Below, one piece after another: positions 52,090-64,000 of a DNA stretch of 64,000 bases. The DNA comes from Octopus vulgaris (taxonomy: Eukaryota): NCBI GenBank assembly GCA_951406725.2, contig OX597820.1, positions 100,130,001 through 100,194,000 of the forward strand. Reading direction: 5' to 3'. How positions within the stretch are numbered: position 1 is the first letter of the stretch; each line of letters opens with the position of its first letter. The translations under genes and the position numbers were made by a program. A model generated the notes under the pieces. That model was not told the DNA's origin. It worked only from the letters and a program-made list of their open reading frames with translations, and made no database searches.

Positions 52090-52500
52090 CAGGAGTGGCT
52101 GTGTGGTAAGTAGCTTGTCTACCAACCACATGGTTCCGGGTTCAGTCCCACTGCGTGGCACCTTCGGCAAGTGTCTTCTACTATAGCCTCGGGCCGACCA
52201 AAGCCTTGTGAGTGGATTTGGTAGACGGAAACTGAAAGAAGCCCGTCGTATATATGTATATATATATATGTATGCGTGTGTGTGTTTGTGTGTCTGTATG
52301 TCCCTTAGCATTACTTGACAACCGATGCTGGTGTGTTTATGTCCCCGTTACTTAGCGGTTCGGCAAAAGAGACCGATAGAATAAGTACTGGGCTTACAAA
52401 AGAATAAGTCCCGGGGTCGAGTTGCTCGATTAAAGGCGGTGCTCCAGCATGGCCGCAGTCAAATGACTGAAACAAGTAAAAGAGTAAAAGAGTAAGAGTA
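52090..52500 (+). mobile_element. Full-length octopus-type tRNA-derived SINE
   Basis: A box TGGCTGTGTGG, B box GGTTCAGTCCC, internal microsatellite, 3' (AAGAGTA)n tail. Further pieces at 52667-52935 (+), 53280-53449 (-), 43628-43770 (-), 44715-44890 (-) and 45187-45350 (-). Confidence 0.88.
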
Positions 52501-52745
52501 TATGTATTCTAATACAAAATTTTGAGTCATCCTTCAGTTAAACTGATTTTATATATAACTTGACATATAAACAAACGATAATAAATTCTCGCACGCACGC
52601 GCGCACTCACGCACACACACGCGCGCGCGCGCGCGCGCACACATGCACACACATATGTTCCAGGTTCATCTTCTACTGTAGCCTCGGGCCGACCAAAGCC
52701 TTGTGAGTGGATTTGGTAGACAGAAACTGAAGGAAACCCGTCGTA

Positions 52746-52789
<44 letters not shown>

Positions 52790-53449
52790 CGCGCGTGCGT
52801 GTTTACGTCACTGTAATTTAGCTGTTCAGCAAAAGACCCTGATAGAATAAGTACCAGGCTTACAAAGAATAAGTCCAGGGGTAGATTTCGTCGGTTAAAA
52901 GGCGATGCTCCAGCATGGCCATAGTCAAATGACAAAAAAGATATATTCTCTTATTCTTCCATTTGCTTCAGTCACTTAACTGTGGCCATTTGACTAAAAA
53001 ATTTCATGGTGGTGCTCCAGCGTGGCCGAAGTCTATTACCTGAAGCAGATAATTCAAACATATACACACAGAGACACACACAAGTTTTGCGTAAATATTT
53101 TTTATTTAAGCGTTTACTGTATGTTTCTTTTAACATTTATCAGATTTGATTATTTCTGTTTATTTTAGTATATTATACCCCTGTTATACTGTATTGGTAA
53201 TGATCGATCAGATGTCTCCATCATATCGTGAAAAATCTGCTTTTTTTTATGGCTGTGTTTTTGTATGTACGTATGTATACTCTTTTACTCTTTTATTTGT
53301 TTCAGTTATTTGACTGCGGCCATGCTGGAGCACCGCCTTTAGTCGAGCAAATCGACCCCGGGACTTATTCTTTGTAAGCCTAGTACTTATTCTATCGGTT
53401 TCTTTGGCCGAACCGCTAAATTACGGTGACGTAAACACACCAGCATCGG

Positions 53450-53469
53450 TATAATAATAATAATAATAA

Positions 53470-53500
<31 letters not shown>

Positions 53501-53657
53501 AAGAAGAAGAAGAAGAAGAAGAAGAAGAAGAAGAAGAAGAAGAAGAAGAAGAAGAAGAAGAAGAAGAAGAAGAAGAAGAAGAAGAAGAAGAAGAAGAAGA
53601 AGAAGAAGAAGAAGAAGAAGAAGAAGAAGAAGAAGAAGAAGAAGAAGAAGAAGAAGA

Positions 53658-53707
<50 letters not shown>
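53450..53707. repeat. (AAT)n-(AAG)n-(AAT)n compound microsatellite
   Basis: Seen directly. Confidence 0.95.
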
Positions 53708-53710
<3 letters not shown>

Positions 53711-54284
53711 GCCTTGATGCAGTACCAGACAGTGGCTCTCATGGCTCCTGATCTTAACTGATTGGAAGTGTTATCATGTACCTTGTTTGTACCTTGTTTT
53801 GTCTTGGTATAAAAGATGGGCCACAGCAAATATTCTGCTCAACACCACAGATTTGCTTGTCAGTTGTTTGACCATAACCAGTTGACCATATCCCTTAGTG
53901 GCTGACGATATGTGCATCTCTGATCACAAGGTGAAGTAGTGGGGGGAGCATTGTAGCCGTGTGTTGAAAGGAATTCTTAAAAGTTTGGATAATTCCCCTT
54001 TGGAAACATGGGTGGTTCTTTCAACATCATTAAACAATCCTTATTCAGGTATCTTTTGAGCGAGATGGGCTACTCGACCAGAAGAAATTCTAACTGGGCC
54101 CCACCTGCAAGGTCATGCTCTGTTTATCTTCATATGAGATCACCATGTCGCGCACATATGGCTGTGATGCATGTGCATAGTGTACCCTTATCAGACGAGT
54201 AGTCATGACTGGTATACTGGGCTTCGTATATTTTACCCCAGTGTCACATTGATAGCATGCGCTGCTCTCTAACTCAATAATAAC

Positions 54285-54354
<70 letters not shown>

Positions 54355-54380
54355 TGATAATAATAACAACAACAACAACA

Positions 54381-54439
<59 letters not shown>

Positions 54440-54446
54440 AACTACA

Positions 54447-54484
<38 letters not shown>

Positions 54485-55130
54485 AACAACAAACAACAAC
54501 ATCGAATGAGAACCCAAGTTCGAAATTTTCCTAAGACACCTGATGAAACTGGAGGGTATATCAACCGAAATGTTCGGTCAACGACAAACAAGATGAGGAT
54601 AAATATCCGTCAAATGTAAATAATCTAAATAATGTGCATTCTTAAGTGATGTTAAAGACCAAATTCAATCCTGTAGACCAAGATATGTGATGAAATATGT
54701 GAGGCAACGAAAGAGATCATGTGTAGTTGTTTGACATGTTAGAAATAGTAGTGAAATCACCCGCGAATTACATTTTAATGCTTAAAATAAAGAGGAAGTA
54801 TGCTTTGGATAATATAATTCTAAATGTGCAATACACAAGAAAAGATCTAGATTAACGTGGGTGTGAATATCTGATTTTTTACGTCTACTTAATGGACGCT
54901 GGTCTCGGTCTTAACAGCAGTAAAATTACATGCTTAGTGTATTCTTCTGTTTATTAATAAATAATTACGATGGTAAATTAAAGAGGGAATGATATTTCGG
55001 TGGAAAAATCTTTATAAAAAAACAATTAAAGACATGTGAATTAATTACAAAAGGTAAGAGAATCCTTACTAATACCCAAATATTTTATGAATTGTATTTA
55101 TAAATTATATTAAAAAAAACTTACATAAAT

Positions 55131-56276
55131 GTCAAATTTTTAAATATATAATTGAGAACCTTTGGAAAATATTTTCTTGTTTTGTGAAGTACAAAACATA
55201 GGATTATTGCTATAATAATCAGCCACACACGAATATAAAATGTTTCGTCTGTATTATGTTCAATATACAAAATTTCTCCTTGGTTCTTGGCCCTGCGATT
55301 AGCCAAAATGGTTAAAAGTTTTTTTTTTCTATAGCTTCCACGTGATTCCTATTACTTCTCTTATCAGTTACTGCAAACATTAGGACACTTGACTCATAAT
55401 CAGGTGAAGAAAATTTCTGAATAGGATTGTAAAATTCATAAAATTTATTTGAGTAAGGTAGCTCTATATTCAATTTTTCTGCTAAAAGTCCATTCCAAGC
55501 ATCATCAGGCATAAAAACATGGTTGTCCAATGCAGCAATATACAGTTTATTAATTAGAAAAATATGTGCCACATAACCCACGCCATTACAAAATCGGGGA
55601 AAGCGCTTTCCTTTGTAAAGAATATTCTGAGGAACGTGTTTCACTTCGTGAAAGAATTTTACATCTCCTGAATCTTCATATCTGTAACAGGCTACAAAAC
55701 GATCTTTACGTGTTGATTGAAGCAACTGATGTTGGAGATAAGGCACCAATTTGTATTGATCTACAAAAAGTTCATCGTTCATGACCATGACATAATCAGC
55801 GTTACCACAAAATTCTACACTCCATTTCCACGCCATTATTGTTTTTAATGAAACATTAGTGTAGGACTCCATAAAATCTTCCTGAATGATATCTCTATAC
55901 TTATTACTCTCGTTCTGAATTAAGGATTCTAATGTAGAATTTTTTGTTTTACCAAATATGAAAACATGTCTAACAATTATATTTTTTGAGTAAGGATCAT
56001 GCGGAATATCCTGGAATATTTCTCTTAGTATTTCCCGACGACCAAAATTGGTGTGAAAGCTTCTAACAATATAGAGAAGTAAAAGTCGTTCATGCCTAGA
56101 ACAGAGATCTGGTTCATTGATAAGTCTTTTGAAGTTGTGTTTGTAAGGTCGTGGTTTATCATAATACTCATCTGGAACATTTGAACCCTTCGGTTTTTTT
56201 CTATAAGTCACTTTGGTATGTTTTAATATCGATGTTCTTTTATCGAAGTACGACTGTTCAAGAGCAAAACTTATAC
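55131..56276 (-). CDS. GT31 copy 4; frameshift in a T10 run at 55319-55328 upstream of the TM segment (truncated gene, pseudogene or assembly error)
   Basis: ORF 55312-56298 plus the TM-coding tail in ORF 55121-55306; a second +1 indel near 55162. Confidence 0.7.
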
Positions 56277-57310
56277 CTAAAAAGAAAATAAATGCCAATT
56301 ATGTATTACAAAAATCTAAAAAATATATTATGTATTACAATTATGTATTACAATTTATGCATTACAAAAATTTTTTAAAAGCATGAGTTCCAATTATATA
56401 TTACAAAAATGTATATCATTAGCGCAGAGAAAATCAGGTTATTCTTCATTTGTTTTCAATAGCACTGTTTCACTCATCACATTGAACTATCTCAAATTAT
56501 TTCAATTTTTCTAGATGTCACTCTTACATAAATAACTACTATCAGTACTCGTGAAATTTCCTGAATTATTTTTAAAATTGTAACACAAAATTGTATATTT
56601 TTCTGAAATAATTGATTCTTCAGATGGTATAAAAGTCCACATAGGTAGCATTGAAGACGCAGTCTCAAGAAACAACTTTTTTGAAAGCTACATTCTTATG
56701 CTTAGTACTTTGTGAGTTATCTAATATTTTTCGCTTTATGCCAATTGAAGTAAACTGGACTGGTGATGCGTTGTGTTCTTGAGCAAAACACTTCATTTCA
56801 CATTGTTCCAGTTCACTCAGCTAACAAACATGAATAATTCTGCGACGGAGCGGTTTACCTGTCCAGGATGCGATGTATATGCCACAGAGTCCGAGAAACC
56901 GGATTCAAGAGTCAATGGTTCGGGAAAGACTCTTGATCCTCCTTTTGGACAGTATATTTGTAAAGTTTCGACAAATCAGAATATGCTATTTGGAAAGGAA
57001 AACTATAAAAACGATTAATCTTAAACTTTCTTGTCTTTTCCTATTCTTAGTTTACATTGTATATCGTTGTCCCTATTTTATAAACAAGTATTCTTCGACT
57101 GAGCAAGCAAAATTTAATAACAATTAAACGCATGCATCAAAAGATAGGTGATATAAAATATTTTCAAAAACATTAAAAACTACATTTTTTGCTGTCCAGC
57201 CACCACTGCTACCTCCATTAAACAATATCCACCACTATCATCATTTAACGGCCGACCACCGGCACTATACTTATCACTAACAAGGCTCAGTCTAAATACA
57301 CACATACATA

Positions 57311-57382
<72 letters not shown>

Positions 57383-58292
57383 TTTATTAAGCCACTTGGT
57401 GGTAAATGGATGTACTATTAAATTAGTATCCAATTTTCTGACCCTTATCGTTTGATTATATATATATCCCACTTCTGACAGATAATTTTTTCCCCGTTAC
57501 TTAGCGGTTCGGCACAACAGACCGATAGAATAAGTACTGGGCTTACATAAGAATAAGTCCCAGGTTCGAGTTGCTCGATTAAAAAGGCGGTGCTGCAGCA
57601 TGGCCGCAGTCAAATAACTGAAACAAGCAAAAGAGAGTAAATATATATATATATATATTGTGTCTGGAGAGATTCATTCTGTTTTAATGCTTTGTTAATT
57701 AACACAGTCACCGGTAGGATTTCCACTCATTTACTTACTTATTTTTTCAATAGTGATTGACTGTGTCCGTTATTGGAGCTGAGTTCTTTTTGTATGTTTG
57801 TTTGTGTGCATGTATATGCGTCAGTTTTGCATGTGTATATACATATGTATGTATGTATATAAGTAGATATGTATGTAAGTATTATGTATGTAGGTGTTTG
57901 TGTATCCATTTATATATATATATGTATATGCTTTTGTACGTTTGTGTGTATGTATTCTGCATATTCATGTGTTTGTGTGTTCATGTTTCTATATTTGTGT
58001 GTGTATGTGTGTGCGTCTGTGTGTGCGTATTCTTCTATTTTATTCCTTTATTCTTTTATTTTATACCTTATAAACTGTGAATTTTATTCCTTGTGAACTA
58101 AATTTTCCCTGTCTAAAATATTCATACCTTGACAGATTACCCAGTGCACGGACATGATTACCAACCACTTGGGTTAACCCAGAAACGGCTGAAAGACTTC
58201 AAATTCATCTTACCTTAATTAAATTATTCTAAATGACTTGAGATTCTCGTTCTGCCTTGGTTTTTATTTTCCTTCTAATATAATGAATGATA

Positions 58293-59232
58293 CTAGCTTA
58301 AGGTGACCCGCTCTACGCGCGGGTGATGTTTTGGTTGTTGGACCAATGTATTAATGTAGCATTAAGAACGAAGAGCTCATTTACATTTAATTTATAAAAT
58401 ATGAATACTTATTTTTTGAAATTGACAGTTAAAGCATGGAAAAATGTGCTTTAAGTATAGCTTAGAAAAATGGAGAAAAGATAGCGAATGAGGGATTATG
58501 TTAATGATTTTAAGTTTTTCAGTAAAGTAAAATGTTAAACAATAAATTTTAAATATGGAAACTTATCACCAGAAGGCAAGCGAATAGCCCGTATTAGAAA
58601 TATTTTTCTTTTGGGTCAAAAGGCTATTTAGTAATCAAAAAGTTACCCGAGCATGTGCCTCCCTCTTTTGCAATTTCCTCACTCTAGCTCGGTGGTTTGA
58701 TAAGTTGGAGCGCTTACGCATAGACATATGGAAAAGCAAATTTGAGAAATGAAATACTTGGAAACCTAAAGTTGATTTGGTTTAGAATGAGAAAACGAAT
58801 AAAATAGTTAAGATGTAAATATTTCAAAACTGGAAAATTTTCAAATTTATAGAAAATTTTTTATTAACGACGGTCGGCTTGAGCACACAAATAAATTCTT
58901 TTTATCCACGCAAAAATAAATAATATCTGTTACCTTTCTGAAAGACCTGTGGTAGGAATATTTAAACTTTTGCGGCTGTCATTGAGAGACGCGTTGGAGA
59001 AGAAAGAGAGACGGCGGAGGTGACAAACGTCGTTATAGAGTGAGAAAAAATGGAGAGAAGCGGAAAAGAGAGAGATCGAGGAAGAAAAGGCGATATATGA
59101 AAGAGAGGACTGAAAAATGAAATATTTTGAAACCTAAAGATGATTTGTTTTAAGAGAAAGATTCTCATGATTGTGTGGTGGTGGTGGCGATGATAATTCT
59201 CTTTATGAATGTAGAAAAAGTAGAGAGAGAGA

Positions 59233-59266
<34 letters not shown>

Positions 59267-59583
59267 CAGTGCTGGCGAAGGAAAGATAGTAGACGCTATC
59301 AAATGACGTTATAGAGAGAACGTGAAAGGAAAGGAAAAGAGAGAGAGAGAGATGGATGGAGACAGGCAGACAATAGAATGTGATGGCTGCGAGGGAAAGA
59401 TAATAGGCGCTGTGAAACGACGTTATAGATAGAATTTGAAAGGAAGGGAGGAAAGGGAGTGAATGATGGAGGAAGAAAGATATATAAAAGAATGGGAGTA
59501 GAATTGTCAAAGTACGTTTTTGGCCCTAGCAACGACACCTTTTAAGAGAGGGATTTTCGCATTTCAGCATTATAATACAGAGA
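58293..59583 (-). mobile_element. Single chimeric Helitron in unit 4 (A body with B-type 5' end and flank)
   Basis: CTAG at 58293; sequence follows A to about 59545, then matches the B end and flank (gggattttcgcatttcag...agagataatgatgtgtg). Confidence 0.7.
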
Positions 59584-59604
59584 TAATGATGTGTGTGCGT
59601 GTTT

Positions 59605-59668
<64 letters not shown>

Positions 59669-60275
59669 GTGTGTGTGTGTGCGTGTGTTTATGTGTTTGT
59701 GCGTGTGAGCGTGTGTGAGTGTATAGTTATATCCAGTTAAGTACAGTATAAAGTTCGTTCACGCATACATGGAAAAGGTACTATCTTCCAGGGACGTGAC
59801 ATGTTGAACCCCACGTTTAAGTGCTAAAAAGTTATTGATCGTCTTATCTAACAAACGTAGAAGCAATTTTGAAAATGTCAGTTCCATCAGATGTAAACCA
59901 AATGAGATCGTTCTTGGGCTGCTTAGCTATTAATGTATGATCCTACTTTCCATGCAACGTTTCAGTGAACCTTTAAACCATCTGCTTCAGAAAGATACAA
60001 AAACACGAAGCCTTCGAAGAGGCGAAAGAATTATTGCAATCTGAGTTATCACTAACTTATTATGACCCGAAACTGGAAATAACAGCAGCTGCAGATGCCA
60101 TGGAAGCGAGCGGATACCTAAATACTTTCTGCTTATCTCCCTTGAATGATTGGACTTTTGCTTACTTCCCTTGAATCATTAAGCATACAAAACCCGTCCG
60201 TATGAGCGAACTTGCAGCATATTTGAGACTTGTGTTGCTTGTCGGGGTAAAACTTTCCACAACGATGTGTGAATT

Positions 60276-60347
<72 letters not shown>

Positions 60348-60862
60348 CTGTGTGTGTCTGAGTGCTTGTGTGTGCGTGCGTGCAAAACTACTACAGTTGA
60401 AGATGACCAGAATTTCTTTTTCTATAGCGGATGAGCGACAATCTTTTGATACAGACACAGTACAGGCTACGCTTTCAGGCCTTTTTGGAGAAGGTTTCAG
60501 GAGTAACCCAATAGGTTCACTATTAATTCCGTGAAATATTCACGGGTGTCGCTAGTACATATACATGTACATGCATGCATGTATGCATACATACATGCAT
60601 GTATGCATACATACATACATACATACATATATACATACATACAGGCAGACGGACAGACGTATAGACACACAAAAAAACATGTGTGTGTGTGTGAGTACAT
60701 ACATACATATATACATGTAACGACGGAGGTAAAGTATAAGCACCCCACCTCCTTAATTTTATTGAGTTTTTTTTTTTTTTTGCCCTGGGGTATATGGCGC
60801 AGTGGTTAAGAGCACGGGATACTAACCCTAAGATTCCGAGCTTGATTCCTTGGAGTGTTCTG

Positions 60863-60911
<49 letters not shown>

Positions 60912-61465
60912 GCCCTGATGCAGTACCAGGCAGTGGCTCTCATGGCTTCTGATCTTAACTGATTGGAAGTGTTATCATGTACATTGTTTTGTCTTGGTAT
61001 AAAAGATGGGCTACAGCAAATATTCTGCTCAATACCACAGATTTGCTTGTCAGTTGTTTGACCTTAACCAGTTGAGCATGTCCCTTAGTGGCTGACGATA
61101 TGTGCATCTCTGATCACGAGCAGAAGTAGTGGGGGAGCATCATAGCCATGTATTGAGAAGGATTCTTTGGGGTTTGAATAATTCACCTCTGGAAACATGG
61201 GTGGTTCTTTCAACATCCTTAAACAACCCTTATTCAGGGACCTTTTGAGCGGGATGGGCTACTCAACCTGAAGAAAATTCTAACTGGGTCCCACCTGCAA
61301 GGTCATGTGCTGTTTATCTTGATATGAGATCACCATGTCGCACACATATGGTTGTGATGCATGTGCCTGGTGTACCTTTATCAGACGGGTAGTCATGATG
61401 GCTATATTGGGCTTTGTATATTTTACCCCAGTGTCACTTTGATGGCATGCACTGCTCTCTCACTC

Positions 61466-61557
<92 letters not shown>

Positions 61558-61618
61558 TAATAAATGCCCTGATGCAGTACCAGGCAGTGCTCTCATGGCT
61601 ACTGATCTTAGCTGATTG

Positions 61619-61839
61619 GAAGTGTTTGCTTGTACCTTTCATAAAGTCACTGCCGTGCACTGGTTGTCAAATGCCATCCACACTCATGCAAGTGTGTGTG
61701 GTTGTCATGGTGTTGTGTGTGCGCGTGTGTGCGCGTGCGTGTGTGCGTGTGCGTGCGTGTGTACGCATGCATGAGTGTGGATTGCATTTGACAACCAGTG
61801 CACGGCAGTGACTTTATGAAAGGTACAAGCAAACACTTC
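61619..61839. repeat. Inverted repeat with 72-bp arms (61619-61690 and 61768-61839)
   Basis: One mismatch; 61689-61797 is also repeated directly at 61918-62025. Confidence 0.9.
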
Positions 61840-62197
61840 TATGTGTGTCTCTCTGCGTGTGTGTGAATAGATGTGTCTGTGTGTCTGTAGTATTTGGTCA
61901 GATGGCGTCTGTTTGTCAAGTGTGTGTGGTTGTCATGGTGTTGTGTGTGCGCGTGTGTGCGCGTGCGTGTGTGCGTGTGCGTGCGTGTGTACGCATGCAT
62001 GAGTGTGGATGGCATTTGACAACCAAACTTCCAATAATATATTTGTTTTATTCTTTTCTGCCCATTTTTTCAAATATTCTCATCACACTGTTGTACTTCT
62101 TTATGTCCTTAACATGTCCCTGTTACCAAAGACTGTATATATACATGTAATGTGGCAATTATGTAAAAAAATTTTTTGGAATTCATAATATTCTATG

Positions 62198-62242
62198 TTA
62201 CTTTTGACAATCTTTTTCCAAAGAGTGAAACCGGTTAAGTAA
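62198..62242 (+). ncRNA. Minimal hammerhead, U3-A8 variant, helix II base imperfect
   Basis: ttactt-TTGACAA-TCTTT-ttcc-AAAGA-gt-GAAAC-cg-GTT-aagtaa; 6-bp helix I; 40 bp upstream of (TA)n. Confidence 0.6.
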
Positions 62243-62280
62243 ATAAACATCTTTTAAATTGCATTTTCAAACCTTCTTTC

Positions 62281-62346
<66 letters not shown>

Positions 62347-62367
62347 TTATGTTTATATATTAAAATG

Positions 62368-62407
<40 letters not shown>

Positions 62408-64000
62408 TTATGTTTATATATTATAATGTATATATATATATATATATATATTACAAAATATAAAGTAATATCTTGAGATCGTTAGTGACAACAACGCTCA
62501 AAATATATAGCAGAGCTGTATACACTTTTTAATCCTAGGTGAGGCAATGCGAGCAGCACCTACAAAAGCACTACAAAATCCACAGAAAGATCAAACACAT
62601 ACATATATTCATATATTCATTTATATCTACTGAACAGGCATAAAGTCCGACGTTTAGAAATATATAGTAATATACAAATATATAAACAGCATATAAAAAT
62701 ATATTGTACGCATACGATCCCCTCGACGTTCCATAAGAAATTTAGAAAAAAAATTGCAAAAAAAGTTAGAGGTAATAATAACAATTGAATTAAATATAGT
62801 AAATATAGTAAGTAGTAATTAAATATATTTTATTTTATTAAAATGGTAATTAAATCGTTATATAACAATGAAAAGAAAAAATAGCAATTAGTATAAAATG
62901 TATCAAGGACTTGAACTCGAATATGTGGCTTTGCATGAATGGGAGAAATTAAAATATGAAAATTTTAATTGAGTGCAGAAGTGAATTAGTCCAGATCGAG
63001 ATGTGCTTATACCATTTACTATAGCTGCTAGATTGAATTATCTCTCTATATATAAAACTGAGAATATGTTTCTGTCTGTCTGTCTGTCTGTCTGTCTGTG
63101 TTTTTCCCTAAAACTTGAGAACTACACATCCAATTTCATTCAAATTTTACACATGCCTTACACATGACCGGAGAGTGTCATCGGCAAAAAAAATTTTGAA
63201 CTTTTTGACTAGGGCGAGCCCACAGCAATATCATATCTTCTCCACTACGATTCCCTAAAACTTGAGAACTACACAACCAATTTCATTCAAATTTTACACA
63301 TGCCTTACTTAGCGTCCATGTAGTTTCATGGGCAAAAAAGTTCAACTTCTTGCCTAGAGCGAGCCCATAGCAATATCATATCTTCTCCACTATTTCAGTA
63401 TTACGTGTTAAAAGTGAAACAAAAACATTTCTCTATTTTATGTCAGATACTTTCACTTTAAAAATAAAAATAATAATATCAATTGAATTATATGTAGTAA
63501 GTAATAATTAAAATCAAACTAAAGTATAATATAATCGTAACATAAAAATAAAATAAAAATAACAATTGATATAAAATTGCATCAATGACTTGAACTTGAA
63601 TAAGTGGTTTCCCATGAATGGGAATAAATTAAATATGAAATTAGCGTACAGAAATGGAATAGACCAGATGGATAATAAAAAATGAAATTAAAGAAAAGTC
63701 TATTGTCTATAAAGTATACAATGTAGAGAAGAAAGAAGATTTGAACACATGGAGGAAAGCACCTTCAAAAAGTGTCTTGGTGCGACTATGAAAGACATCT
63801 AATCAGAGGCGATAAATTCGCCACAATAGAAGCAAGGTTCGAGTCAACGGAGCGTGCAAGGGAGTACTCGACTGGAACTTGCAAAGTGGAAATATTTCAT
63901 TTTTACCTTTATATCTGGGACGTAGGACGTCCCGGAAAAAAAATTAAATGCCCCCCCATCTAGAAGTAGAGGTAGGCTGGATTGTAGCCACACTTCTATA

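Overview
Animal genomic DNA, very likely Octopus (AT-rich, dense microsatellites, SINE sequences I recognise from octopus genomes; the assignment is from memory, not a search). The window is a tandem segmental-duplication array of four related units. Each unit carries a minus-strand GT31 (beta-1,3-galactosyltransferase-like) coding exon: two have open frames, one is a truncated pseudogene and one is frameshifted near its 3' end. These GT31 proteins are atypical, with a C-terminal transmembrane anchor, NDE in place of DxD, and no in-frame ATG but a clear splice acceptor. Around them lie a near full-length Tx1/L1 LINE (plus a second 3' copy), a Penelope-like element, tandem non-autonomous Helitrons, SINEs, a mariner MITE, and RTE and Gypsy remnants. 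The most striking unannotated signal is at least ten type I hammerhead-ribozyme motifs from several families. Three share a compensatory U3-A8 core, three have a long helix II, and two sit in a 496-bp head-to-tail retrozyme/pLTR-like repeat inserted upstream of one GT31 copy. All ribozyme folds were paired by eye and are untested.
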